The notes beneath the pieces are model-generated. The model was not told the DNA's origin, searched no databases, and was given only the letters and a program-made list of their open reading frames with translations. Source: a virus. From it: a DNA stretch of 64,000 bases. A program made the position numbers and the translations under genes. How positions within the stretch are numbered: the first letter of the stretch is position 1; each line of letters opens with the position of its first letter. Below, piece after piece: positions 40,163 to 50,123 of the stretch. Location of the stretch: the IMG/VR virus record IMGVR_UViG_3300025674_000016, positions 64,001 through 128,000 of that record; one strand, 5' to 3'.

Positions 40163-41638
40163 ATGCCAAGTTATAGAGATCCAGGCGATTTTTCTTTTCT
40201 AAAAAAATGTGATTTAAAAATAAGGTTTACCCACCTTTCATCGGGCAGGCACGCTCATTTTTTGGGAGCCGTAACGGACCTTAAAGATCAATATACATCA
40301 ATTTGGAACGAAGAGCCGGTATACGGAAGAATGGATCCCATAGCAACATTCCAGAGAACTGGAAGAAAAATAAGTTTAAGCTGGCAAATATTAAATGAAA
40401 ACAAAAGAGTTGGCGAGCAAAACATGATCGAGATTCAAAGACTTATAAGCTTTCTTTATCCCAATTATTATAATTCTAGCAATAATGCAAGTACAATTGC
40501 TGGTGGGCCTCTCTTAGCTTTAAAATACACAAACTTGGTTAGTCAAGCAGCGAATCCCGGCGGCCTTATAGGCTATCTTGATGGTTTTACATTTGATCCT
40601 CAAATGGATTCTGGTTTCGCAAACACAGAAGGTGAAAATCTTATTCCAACAGTTATAAACGCTAGTATAAACTTTACTGTGCTTCATACACACAAGCTTG
40701 GCTGGAGGGGGGCCAAAAGAAGAGTGGCGCAGTTCCCTTATGGTATAGCGAGCCAAATAGATAAAAAGGCAGATGATGATGCACAAGCGGCAGAAAACTT
40801 GGCCCAGAAGGCCGCAGAAGACGCGGCGAAGGCAGCGAAGGCAGCGGCTGAGCTTGCAGAAAAAGCAAGACAGGCAAACTTGGCAGCGAAGCAGGGAGAA
40901 AATGCTCTTAATGAACAAACTATAAATGGCGAAGACCCCGCCCAAAGTGCAGCAGGGGCACAATCAGAAGGATTAAGATTTACGGATGGCGAAGGCGCTC
41001 TTGCCGCACTTCACGAGGAGATGATGCGGACCGACATGGATTATTTCTTGAAGCAGTCAGGTATTGACGGCTTGAGCGATGAAGAGGCCATGGCCGCCAT
41101 CGGGGAGGGCGGCTTCTTGGCCGAAGCCGCCGATGCTCAAATAGCAAAAATTAAGCGACAGCAGGCGATGGCCAAGGCGGCGGCGGCCAGAGCAGAACAA
41201 GAAAGAAAACAAGCGGAAGAAAGAGCCAGAGAAGAGCGCGCTAAAGAATTCTATGAAGGCAAAGACCCATTCGGCAGAGACCCAGTCGTGTCAGACGAAG
41301 AACTCCAGGAAGCAAGAGGAGACGCTCTTGGTCAAATTTATGATGAAACAATTACGCCCCTTGTTCAACCCGTTGTTGGGGCACTCGAAGGACAAAAAAA
41401 AGAAGAAGAATACCAAGATTGGGAAAACGAATACAACAGCGCTCGAAGAGACGGGGCTTCAGTTGAAGAATCCATCAAAATTGCTGGTGAGCGTGTCGTC
41501 GGGTACGTTGACGATGAGGATGATGCATCATCCTCGTCCCCAAGTGGCACTAATTATTACCCATCAGACCCTCAGTCTAAAGTCATATTCTATGACGACG
41601 GGACCGGCGGGCAGAGTCGTATAGATGATCAGGATTAG
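40163..41638 (+). CDS. tail tube initiator/baseplate protein with long Ala/acidic C-terminal extension
   Basis: WNEEPVYGRMDPIATFQRTGRKISLSW; position after tape measure. Confidence 0.6.
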   Translation: MPSYRDPGDFSFLKKCDLKIRFTHLSSGRHAHFLGAVTDLKDQYTSIWNEEPVYGRMDPIATFQRTGRKISLSWQILNENKRVGEQNMIEIQRLISFLYPNYYNSSNNASTIAGGPLLALKYTNLVSQAANPGGLIGYLDGFTFDPQMDSGFANTEGENLIPTVINASINFTVLHTHKLGWRGAKRRVAQFPYGIASQIDKKADDDAQAAENLAQKAAEDAAKAAKAAAELAEKARQANLAAKQGENALNEQTINGEDPAQSAAGAQSEGLRFTDGEGALAALHEEMMRTDMDYFLKQSGIDGLSDEEAMAAIGEGGFLAEAADAQIAKIKRQQAMAKAAAARAEQERKQAEERAREERAKEFYEGKDPFGRDPVVSDEELQEARGDALGQIYDETITPLVQPVVGALEGQKKEEEYQDWENEYNSARRDGASVEESIKIAGERVVGYVDDEDDASSSSPSGTNYYPSDPQSKVIFYDDGTGGQSRIDDQD

Positions 41639-41686
41639 AGAAAATTATTACCCTAAGCACCCCGAAGACGAGTAGAGTGAATTATA

Positions 41687-42010
41687 ATGAGATATGATAA
41701 CAAATTAACATTAATAAATAACAATATTAGGTATAGAAATAAGTTTCTCAAAAAAGGAGTTAACTTTATCGAATATCAACAAGTGCCAGATATAAGATTG
41801 CCTCCCGCAGCAGACCTAGATATCATAACCCATACCTGGGTATCTGGCGATAGGCTTTACAAGCTAGCAAGCAAATACTACGGCGATCCTGAACTCTGGT
41901 GGGTTATTGCGTTTTATAATGCCAAGCCAACTGAATCTTATTATTCTTATGGATCTATTGTTGAAATACCACTACCCTTAGATAGGGTCTTAGAACAGAT
42001 GGGGTACTGA
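41687..42010 (+). CDS. LysM-like baseplate wedge protein (gp53/tail X-like)
   Basis: GDRLYKLASKYYGDPELWWVIAFYN. Confidence 0.8.
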   Translation: MRYDNKLTLINNNIRYRNKFLKKGVNFIEYQQVPDIRLPPAADLDIITHTWVSGDRLYKLASKYYGDPELWWVIAFYNAKPTESYYSYGSIVEIPLPLDRVLEQMGY

Positions 42011-42011
42011 T

Positions 42012-44978
42012 ATGTCTGATCCTCCAAGTTCAAAACCAACAAAAGACGAAAGAGAAAAAGAAAAACAAGAAGGCGGTGGCAAAAAAAAAGACCCTTTTGT
42101 AGAAAAAGATCAGACCGCAGAAGACGCACAATTAAGGGTCAACAAGCAATGCTTTCTTGTTAGAAATATAGAAGCTCTTATTGGGGCGCAAGCAGCAGCA
42201 AGAGCCGAAGGATACAAGCATTTTTCTTGTGTTACAGGCCCACCAATGGAAATAACAAATGAGCTTGTTTCCGTTAAAGGGCTAGACAAAATGTTCGGCC
42301 TTACAACAGCCCAGCACGCAGTCTTGCAACCTAGAATACGTTTATATTTAATAAAAAATGGAACAATCATAGAACTGCCATTTGACGCAAGTTTATCACC
42401 CGGAGTGCATACACAAAGGGCAATTTCTGATATGGTCAAATCTTCTAATTTTAGAGGTTATGGAGCAGGAATAAAAAGCTTTTCTTATGAACTAGCAGGC
42501 ATTGACCCGGACACAGCAGATAGACTAATAAATGCAAAATTAACTCTATACTTTAAAACTATTGCAGACTTGTTCCACCCTAGAAATAGCGGCGGAATGT
42601 CCAAGAGCAGACCTTTTCAATACGCAGATTTAATAAACATGAATAAAGCCTCTCTTGCGCCAAAACGGGGAAGAAAAGGCGAGAAAACAATAGCCGATGA
42701 TGAAGATAGATATGAATTAAAAGCAGTTGTTGGATGGGGCGATCCCCCTGTTGGGCACCCTTTATTTCCAAAAGCAATAAGAAAATCAATACAAGGTGCA
42801 AAAGCAACATTTTCACTTCAACTTATAGACCATACGATCAAGTATAATCAGGACGGCACTCTTGAGCTAGACATTGATTATATGGCTTCTATTGATTATA
42901 TTCTTTCAACTTCTGATTTAGATATTTTCTGGTTACCAGAAACAAACAAAGCAACAGATTTGCAAACAAAAATACAAACAAAAAGAGATGAGCTTTTGCA
43001 GTCTGATCAAGAGCTTGAAAGGCTTATGAATGTGAAGAGAGACGGTGCAATACCAGCGGGTGCGTCTACACCTACTGCCGCTGGTAATCAGCCGGATACA
43101 CAGCAGGATGTAATAGCAAGGCATGAAGATAGAAAAAAACAATTAATAGAAGAAGCAGAAGGTTTAGTGGAACAGCTAGATCAATTAGTAAGATTAAGAA
43201 AAACAATTGCTTACAGTAGAATAACCGATGGTCTTTTGGAAACAGAGGGCATTCTTAAATGTATAGAAGTGTTTCCATCACAATTGGGAGTTGTTGGTGG
43301 TAGAGTGCTAAGGACAGAAAGCATTGTAAAGGGAAACAAGAAAAAGCCGATAGCACAACAAGACAAAGAAGAAAAAGCTAATGCAAAAAAAATACAAGAA
43401 ACCGCGCAGCCAGCATCAGAAGAAGAAAGAAAAGAAATGAAAGAAAGAATGGACGGTGTAAATAAAGACGCTGCTGATGATGGAAAGCTAACGGCTAGTA
43501 AATTAAAAGGCAACCAAAAAAAACACGTTCAATCTTCTAAGAAGCCAAGCAAAAAACCAAATGGAAAAATAAAAATATTTTATTTCTTTCTAGGGGACTT
43601 AATTGATATTGTTTTAAGAATTTTAAAATCAGAAGTTGATGGGCAAAAAAATAAAGCAGCAATAGAAACTTTAGAGAGGGTTATTGTTATGATGGGGCCT
43701 GCCGTGCTGAAAGACTCCAGAAGAAGTTCTGGCCTTTTAAAAGTAGGAAACTTAGCAGATATACCTATATCCTATGACTTGTTTGAAAATTGGTTTATTT
43801 ATAATGTTATTAGGCCGCAAAAAGAAACCTATTACTTTAAAAAGTTTGTTATTGATATAATGGATAATTTAATTTCCCCTGTTCTTGGTAGTGGGTGTTA
43901 TTCTGGTGAAAGACAAAAAGGAAGAGTTGCATCTATACCCTTAACAGTGCCTAAATTGTCTGGTGGGGGGCCAAGAGTGCCAGTAAGATCAAGGTGTAGC
44001 ATTGCAGGCTTAAAAAACAAGAAAATGTCAAAAACTGGTTTGGGATCTGAGATTGGAACAAGCAGTATAAGAGAATCTAACGATTATTTGTATTTTTATA
44101 TGCGCGATAACAATGTAAAGCGCAGGCAAGCAGATTATAAAAAAGACATTAAAAAGGGAATATACCATCTTAGAATCGGTCAAGAAAATGGATTAGTCAA
44201 ATCTGTAGAATTTGAAAAAACAGATATACCTTTCCTGAAGGAACACAGAGTAACTGCTGATGGTGAACATCCAAATGGTTTTTTAAGAGAGAAATATGAT
44301 GCAAAAATTAAAATGGTTGGAAACTCTTTTTTTATTCCTGGTCAATATGTCTATATAGCCCCCACAGTGCCAGGATATGATGTAAATAAAAAAATTGGTA
44401 AAATAAAACAACCAACAAAACAACTTTTGCAAAATTTAGGATTTGGGGGATACTATCTTGTGACCAAGGTTTTTCATAATATATCCCCAGAATCTTATGT
44501 AACAGAACTTGTTTGCCGATGGGAGTCTTTCGGGGAATCCACAGCAAAAGATATTCAGTCTTATTATGAGAGAATTGAAGATATCAATAATTGCAAAGCG
44601 GGCGCGGCAGAAGCCGCAAGCTCATTTGATTATTCAGAAGTCTTGGACGAGCAATTGCAAAATCTTAATGATGCAGCAGGGAGAACTATATATCAAAACG
44701 TAGGAGAAGCTGTCAAGGATGCGGCGGGCGTGGTGACGCAGGGCGCCGCCTCAGTCGTTGCAGGTTATATACCACCAGGAGCTGCTAGAACCATTGTATT
44801 AGGTATCCTAGGTGCAGGCCAAAGCGTTGTCAATCAGGGTGTAGATGATGCCGTTGACGCTGCACCAGGAGTAATGGACGCAGTTTCGGAACTTGGAGAC
44901 GATATTACTGGGGCGGCTGTGGAGGCCGGTCGGGAGTTTTTTAACCAATTTTTTGACCCAGAAGGAGACGATCAATGA
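42012..44978 (+). CDS. baseplate hub-like protein (gp27/late-control D-like)
   Basis: YDAKIKMVGNSFFIPGQYVYI, GGYYLVTKVFHNIS..YVTEL. Confidence 0.55.
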   Translation: MSDPPSSKPTKDEREKEKQEGGGKKKDPFVEKDQTAEDAQLRVNKQCFLVRNIEALIGAQAAARAEGYKHFSCVTGPPMEITNELVSVKGLDKMFGLTTAQHAVLQPRIRLYLIKNGTIIELPFDASLSPGVHTQRAISDMVKSSNFRGYGAGIKSFSYELAGIDPDTADRLINAKLTLYFKTIADLFHPRNSGGMSKSRPFQYADLINMNKASLAPKRGRKGEKTIADDEDRYELKAVVGWGDPPVGHPLFPKAIRKSIQGAKATFSLQLIDHTIKYNQDGTLELDIDYMASIDYILSTSDLDIFWLPETNKATDLQTKIQTKRDELLQSDQELERLMNVKRDGAIPAGASTPTAAGNQPDTQQDVIARHEDRKKQLIEEAEGLVEQLDQLVRLRKTIAYSRITDGLLETEGILKCIEVFPSQLGVVGGRVLRTESIVKGNKKKPIAQQDKEEKANAKKIQETAQPASEEERKEMKERMDGVNKDAADDGKLTASKLKGNQKKHVQSSKKPSKKPNGKIKIFYFFLGDLIDIVLRILKSEVDGQKNKAAIETLERVIVMMGPAVLKDSRRSSGLLKVGNLADIPISYDLFENWFIYNVIRPQKETYYFKKFVIDIMDNLISPVLGSGCYSGERQKGRVASIPLTVPKLSGGGPRVPVRSRCSIAGLKNKKMSKTGLGSEIGTSSIRESNDYLYFYMRDNNVKRRQADYKKDIKKGIYHLRIGQENGLVKSVEFEKTDIPFLKEHRVTADGEHPNGFLREKYDAKIKMVGNSFFIPGQYVYIAPTVPGYDVNKKIGKIKQPTKQLLQNLGFGGYYLVTKVFHNISPESYVTELVCRWESFGESTAKDIQSYYERIEDINNCKAGAAEAASSFDYSEVLDEQLQNLNDAAGRTIYQNVGEAVKDAAGVVTQGAASVVAGYIPPGAARTIVLGILGAGQSVVNQGVDDAVDAAPGVMDAVSELGDDITGAAVEAGREFFNQFFDPEGDDQ

Positions 44979-46129
44979 GTGATATGCCAAAAGGTGAAAA
45001 TGGTTTATCTTCAAGAAGTATGCATATACAAAGAAGAAAGTTTGTTAGGAAAGCATATCCTTTGCTAGATAAAAGAAATGGAATTGATTTATGGTATGGT
45101 CCAAAATCTTTATATGGTAAGGTTAACACCAGAAACGTACCTCAATTATTATCAGAAACAAATTTAAAAAGTATTCTTTCTTCTCCTGAGTTGTTTGCTG
45201 TGGATTTTGTTGTCGATGCTTTTGAAGATTTAAGAAGATTTATTTCAAGAGCTTCTCGCAGACGTGTTATTTTTGCACAAGATAGTTTTATGGGGCTCAT
45301 GAATGCCAAGTTAGCTTGGCGCAGCGCCAGAGAAGAATATGATCAGCATATAAGAGATATACACGAAGTTTTTGTTAGCAGTTACTTGATTCATAAAAAT
45401 AGAAGTTATAAAATTTTAACTATTGAAGATTTTCTTGATTTATATATTGATCATGCTAGAACAATAGGTAGAATGAGCCCTATAACTTTTGGAGGATATA
45501 TAAAATCTAAATATGTAAATCATGCTATTTCTGGCTTAATAATAGAATTAAATACATTTTCATATGACAATGATAGTTTAAAATTTAAAAGATTTTATGA
45601 AAGCGATCATTTTAATTTTTATCAAAATGCAGCAAGAAAACATGGGTTTAGAGTTGATTACAATAGTCCTTGGAGATTGGTTGCTGATATAACAAGCCCA
45701 GAGATGCAAAAATATATGAGCAATTACAGAGTAAACAATCCAGAAGAATTATTCTTTGATTATTATTATGATGCTTATAGGCTTGAAGTTTATATGATTA
45801 AAAAATACCTAGTACAATTTTATAATGATTATGCCAGTGGCAATCCTATTGTTAAGAGAGTTGTATCTGGCAGGTTTGACAGGCCAGAGATTAAAGCTAA
45901 AATAAAGTATAGACAACAAATAAAAGAAAGTGAGGTTGATGAAAAATATAGTAACTTATTTTGGCTTAAGTTTTATCTTGATCTTAGAGAGGCAGAACTT
46001 TCTAAACCCATGACAAGACAATCTAAAAATAAGAAAATCATGGAAATGGCGCACATCATGAAAACGCTTGACTTCACCAGAGCTTTGGACTATATTAACC
46101 GAGAGTTGATGATTCTAGAGCGAGGTTAA
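44975..46129 (+). CDS. hypothetical protein
   Basis: 384 aa, coupled to the upstream gene. Confidence 0.6.
   Translation: MSDMPKGENGLSSRSMHIQRRKFVRKAYPLLDKRNGIDLWYGPKSLYGKVNTRNVPQLLSETNLKSILSSPELFAVDFVVDAFEDLRRFISRASRRRVIFAQDSFMGLMNAKLAWRSAREEYDQHIRDIHEVFVSSYLIHKNRSYKILTIEDFLDLYIDHARTIGRMSPITFGGYIKSKYVNHAISGLIIELNTFSYDNDSLKFKRFYESDHFNFYQNAARKHGFRVDYNSPWRLVADITSPEMQKYMSNYRVNNPEELFFDYYYDAYRLEVYMIKKYLVQFYNDYASGNPIVKRVVSGRFDRPEIKAKIKYRQQIKESEVDEKYSNLFWLKFYLDLREAELSKPMTRQSKNKKIMEMAHIMKTLDFTRALDYINRELMILERG
46068..46096 (+). promoter_or_regulatory. sigma70-like promoter for DNA polymerase
   Basis: TTGACT-17-TATATT. Confidence 0.6.
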
Positions 46130-46131
46130 AC

Positions 46132-47313
46132 GTGCTTTTCCAAACACTCGATGACAAGAAAGAATGCGTTGGCATCTACGCAAACAACGAGATCCAAAAC
46201 ACAATTCCAACAGGCATAACAAAAACCTGGTCATATGCTGGATATCTGGAAGATCTCCAGATTGAGTATGCCAGTCTATACTGCGACGGTAAACCCATAA
46301 GCCAAGTTGTGCCAGAACACTTGCAGCAAGAATGGGCCGAGATCAGCGCCAAGATGAAAGCTTTTTTTAAAGCATTTACAACAGCAAAAATCGACTTAAA
46401 ACTGGTTTGCTTCTATGACATGGTGCCACGAGACGTTCTGCTTGAATGGTGCGATTTAAAGTCGAAAATCTGCGACTACATCTTTGAAAATTATGAAAGA
46501 CCAGCCAACTATGAGTTCTTGGTCGAGCTAACCAAGCTAACTGAAAAGATTAAATACCAACAAGTCAATATTGACTTATCAGCAATAAGCTCTCCGCTTG
46601 AGTCTTATCGCTCTAGGTCTTTTATCAACAAGATGAAAAAGGTAAATCCCTTTATCGAGTACAATATCTTTGGAAGCGTTACTGGCAGGCTAAGCACAAA
46701 GCCAAATAGCTTTCCTATCATGACGATGGATAAGAAGTATAGAAAAATAGTTAAGCCTCACAATGATTGGTTTGTGGAACTGGACTTTAATGCTGCTGAG
46801 TTGCGAACTTTTATTGCTCTTAACAAAAGAGATCAGCCTCAAGAGGATTTGCACGAGTGGAACATAAAAAATATCTTTAGGGGTTTCGGCACTCGTGAGG
46901 AAGCCAAGACAAGATTGTTTGCTTGGCTCTATAATCCCAAGTCAGAGGACTATCTGCTCAACAGAGAGTATGATCGAGATGCGATTATTAATGAATATTT
47001 CGATGGAACCCATGTAAGCACGCCTTATGAGAGAAAAATCAGGGCAATACCAAAAAATGCCCTGAATTACTTGATTCAAAGCACTTCAAGCGACTTATTC
47101 TTGAGGCAAGTTATAAAAATAAACAAGCTTCTGCAAGATAGGGCTAGCTTTATAAGTTGGACCCTTCATGATTCTGTTATGATCGACTTAAAAGATGAAG
47201 ATAAGCCCATTTTAAAAGAAATCATAGCTCAGTTTGGTGATACTGACTTTGGAAAATACTTGGTTAACGTGTCTGCTGGCAAAAACTTTGGAGATTTAAA
47301 GAAAATCAAATGA
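46132..47313 (+). CDS. polA: minimal family A DNA polymerase (polymerase domain)
   Basis: TGRLS, motif A ELDFNAAELR, motif B REEAKTRLFAWLY, NYLIQS, motif C LHDS. Confidence 0.85.
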   Translation: MLFQTLDDKKECVGIYANNEIQNTIPTGITKTWSYAGYLEDLQIEYASLYCDGKPISQVVPEHLQQEWAEISAKMKAFFKAFTTAKIDLKLVCFYDMVPRDVLLEWCDLKSKICDYIFENYERPANYEFLVELTKLTEKIKYQQVNIDLSAISSPLESYRSRSFINKMKKVNPFIEYNIFGSVTGRLSTKPNSFPIMTMDKKYRKIVKPHNDWFVELDFNAAELRTFIALNKRDQPQEDLHEWNIKNIFRGFGTREEAKTRLFAWLYNPKSEDYLLNREYDRDAIINEYFDGTHVSTPYERKIRAIPKNALNYLIQSTSSDLFLRQVIKINKLLQDRASFISWTLHDSVMIDLKDEDKPILKEIIAQFGDTDFGKYLVNVSAGKNFGDLKKIK

Positions 47314-48128
47314 ATATCGTAGGATTAGGCAACACAGGCTGCAATGTAGCCAAAATATTTGAAAACTACCCTCAATATAAGGTCTTCCAGATCGATACAG
47401 AAGAGCGCGAGGGCAAAAATACATTTTTATTCCCTCAATTCGACCACCCAGAGGACTATGAAAGGGGGTGCCCTGATTTAAGCGGGTTTCTTGATATTCA
47501 AGGCGATACTTTTTTTATTTTGGGAGGACCAGGTAGCATTACGGGTGCATCCTTAAGAATATTAGAACAAATTAAGCACTGCAATATTAGCATTATTTAT
47601 TTTAAGTCTGATCAGAGCCTCTTATCGAACATAGGGCAACTTCATCAAAGGGCTACCTTTCATATTCTACAAGAGTACACCAGATCAGGCGTGTTCAAAG
47701 AGATTTTTTTGCTTGACAACCAAGTGATCTCTGGTATTATTGGCGATGTTCCGATTGTTGAGTACTACAGCAGGATCAACAACTTGGTTGTGCCGATAAT
47801 TCACTTTATTAATGTGTTTAACAATACAAAACCAGTTATGAGTACCTTTTCAAATTTGGCCGAGACTTCAAAAATAAAAACTCTTTCCATTCTCAACATG
47901 GAAGACGGAACAGAGAAGGCGTTTTTTTCTCTTGACAGCCCAGTTGAATCAAGGTACTATTACGGCATTGGTTCTGAGTCGCTTAAAAACGACTCGACTC
48001 TAAACAACAAAATCAGGAATCAAATGAAGATTAGTGAGGTTAAAACTGGTTTTGGTATCTATGAAACAAGCTACAACTATAACTTTTGTTATGGTGTTCT
48101 TTGTAGCCGAGAGATCGCAACTTTTTGA
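47310..48128 (+). CDS. divergent tubulin/FtsZ (PhuZ-like) protein
   Basis: IVGLGNTGCNVA, IDT, LGGPGSITG, LLDNQ, YSRIN. Confidence 0.7.
   Translation: MNIVGLGNTGCNVAKIFENYPQYKVFQIDTEEREGKNTFLFPQFDHPEDYERGCPDLSGFLDIQGDTFFILGGPGSITGASLRILEQIKHCNISIIYFKSDQSLLSNIGQLHQRATFHILQEYTRSGVFKEIFLLDNQVISGIIGDVPIVEYYSRINNLVVPIIHFINVFNNTKPVMSTFSNLAETSKIKTLSILNMEDGTEKAFFSLDSPVESRYYYGIGSESLKNDSTLNNKIRNQMKISEVKTGFGIYETSYNYNFCYGVLCSREIATF
47932..47960 (+). promoter_or_regulatory. sigma70-like promoter (intragenic)
   Basis: TTGACA-17-TACTAT. Confidence 0.5.
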
Positions 48129-48136
48129 TTTTTTGC

Positions 48137-48165
48137 TTGACAGGCTGTTTTTGTTCTGTCATACT
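48137..48165 (+). promoter_or_regulatory. sigma70-like promoter for SSB
   Basis: TTGACA-17-CATACT with an extended TG; intergenic. Confidence 0.65.
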
Positions 48166-48222
48166 GTTCGCAGATGGTTGAACGCCATCAACTATAGACC
48201 CATTAACACATAGGAGGAAAAA

Positions 48223-48978
48223 ATGGGACTTAACATGGATAAGATTCGCGCTAAGTACAATGCTCTCAAGAACGGTGGTGCCAAGGGTGAAACCAAGAAC
48301 AACTTCTGGAAGCCTCAAGAAGGTGAGCAGACAATTCGTATTGTGCCTACGCCCGATGGTGATCCGTTCCGAGACTATTGGTTCCACTACAACGTGGGCA
48401 AGGCAATGGGCTTCTTGAGCCCAAAAAAGAACTTTGGCGAGGAAGATCCCTTGAATGACTTTGTTCGTTCTCTCTGGTCCGACTACAACCAAACTCAAGA
48501 CGAGGAAACCAAAAAGCTGGCAAAAGACCTGAGCGCCAAGCAACGTTTCTTTGCTCCTGTGCTTGTGCGAGGAGAGGAAGATCAGGGTGTTCGCATCTGG
48601 GGCTTCTCCAAGACTGTCTACGAGGATATTCTGGGCATGATCTTGGACCCTGACTATGGTGATATCACCGACATTGATCGAGGGTTTGACTTGAAGGTCA
48701 CATACGGTAAGCCTGCTGGAGCGCAGTATCCAAAGACCACAATCAAGGCTCGTCGTAACCCTACGCCCCTGAGCGAGGATAGAAACCAGGTGTCTGCTTG
48801 GCTGGACAACATTCCAGACTACAACACCCTGTTCCCTCGCAAGACCCCTCAAGAAGTCCAAGTTATTTTGGACGAGTTCCTGATGGCGGGTTCCAACCCT
48901 GAAGAGGTCTCCTCCGAGACCACCCGCTACTCAAACGGTGCAACCGACGTTGACAAGGCTTTCGACGACCTTCTCTGA
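48223..48978 (+). CDS. single-stranded DNA-binding protein (gp32-like)
   Basis: FWKP..IRIVP, VRIWGFSK, DITDIDRGFD; acidic-hydrophobic tail DKAFDDLL. Confidence 0.85.
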   Translation: MGLNMDKIRAKYNALKNGGAKGETKNNFWKPQEGEQTIRIVPTPDGDPFRDYWFHYNVGKAMGFLSPKKNFGEEDPLNDFVRSLWSDYNQTQDEETKKLAKDLSAKQRFFAPVLVRGEEDQGVRIWGFSKTVYEDILGMILDPDYGDITDIDRGFDLKVTYGKPAGAQYPKTTIKARRNPTPLSEDRNQVSAWLDNIPDYNTLFPRKTPQEVQVILDEFLMAGSNPEEVSSETTRYSNGATDVDKAFDDLL

Positions 48979-48998
48979 TCCTTTTTAACCTAACCCAA

Positions 48999-49022
48999 GG
49001 GGGCCATCGTGCCCCCGCTTTT
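48999..49022 (+). terminator. putative intrinsic terminator after SSB
   Basis: GGGGGC-catcgt-GCCCCC followed by GCTTTT. Confidence 0.6.
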
Positions 49023-49034
49023 CAAGGAGACAAA

Positions 49035-50123
49035 ATGGTTGACATTGAAGCAATGCGCAAATTGCTTAACAAAAAGGCAGGTATGCCCGTTGCGCACAAT
49101 CTTAAACAACAAAACCCAACAGAGGTAAAAGATTGGATTCCAACTGGCTCTCGCTGGTTGGACTCAATTATTTGTCGTGGCAAGTTGGCCGGTATTCCTG
49201 TTGGAAAGGTGGTTGAGATTGCAGGGCTGGAAGCAACTGGCAAGAGCTATATGGCCGCCAAGATCGCAAGCAACGCCCAGCGTCTAGGTCATACTGTAGT
49301 TTATTTTGACTCAGAGTCAGCGATTGACCCAAGCTTTCTTGCAAATGCTGGGTGCGATGTCGAGACCCTTATCTATGTTCAGGCCCAGACTGTTGAGTTT
49401 GTGTTGGAGTCCATTGAGGAGTTCTTGAAGACCGGAGAACAGTTTTTATTTATTTGGGATTCTCTTGCTCTGACGCCTGCTATTTCCGATGTTGAGGGCG
49501 ACTTTAATCCCCTATCATCTATGGCTGTCAAAGCAAGAATCTTGGCAAAGGCAATGTCAAAGATTACGATCCCAATTGCCAATTCTCAATCAACCTTATT
49601 GGTCCTCAACCAGTTAAAGACGAACATCACTAGGAACCCCAACATGGCCCTCGTTGAGCCCTACGTTACTCCTGGTGGCAAGGCGATGGCTTATACTTAC
49701 AGCCTTCGCATCTGGCTAACTGGTCGTAAATCAAAGGCGTCCTATATCAACGACGACAACGGATTCAGAATCGGCTCAGAAGTAAAGGCTACGTTGAAGA
49801 AATCTCGCTTTGGAACGGCAGGAAGGCAAGCAACGTTTAAGATCCTATGGGGCGATGAGGTGAGGATCTTAGACGAAGAAAGTTGGCTGGAGGCTATTAA
49901 AAAAAGCAAGAACATCACGATCAAGGGCTCGTGGTATTACATGAATATGGGCAACGGAGAGGAAATGAAGTTCCAGCCCGGACGTTGGATGGATATGATG
50001 GAGAATCCAGAGTTCAAAGCTCGCGTACTAGAGATCATGGAAGAAGAGGTTATCCTCAACTTCAAGAACCGCGAAGGAGATTCTCAAGGCTTTTATGATA
50101 TTGACGGTGATGAAGATGAATAA
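49035..50123 (+). CDS. recA: RecA/UvsX recombinase
   Basis: GLEATGKS Walker A, YFDSE, IWDS, LNQLK, TPGGKA. Confidence 0.93.
   Translation: MVDIEAMRKLLNKKAGMPVAHNLKQQNPTEVKDWIPTGSRWLDSIICRGKLAGIPVGKVVEIAGLEATGKSYMAAKIASNAQRLGHTVVYFDSESAIDPSFLANAGCDVETLIYVQAQTVEFVLESIEEFLKTGEQFLFIWDSLALTPAISDVEGDFNPLSSMAVKARILAKAMSKITIPIANSQSTLLVLNQLKTNITRNPNMALVEPYVTPGGKAMAYTYSLRIWLTGRKSKASYINDDNGFRIGSEVKATLKKSRFGTAGRQATFKILWGDEVRILDEESWLEAIKKSKNITIKGSWYYMNMGNGEEMKFQPGRWMDMMENPEFKARVLEIMEEEVILNFKNREGDSQGFYDIDGDEDE

Noticed and set aside
48166-48190. T4 gene 32-like autoregulatory pseudoknot in the SSB leader
   Set aside because: It would need GTTC upstream of the predicted start site and a 1-nt loop; only the simple hairpin is supportable
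48040-48861. 273-aa minus-strand ORF
   Set aside because: Antisense shadow of the SSB gene, explained by its codon bias; no RBS or recognisable motif
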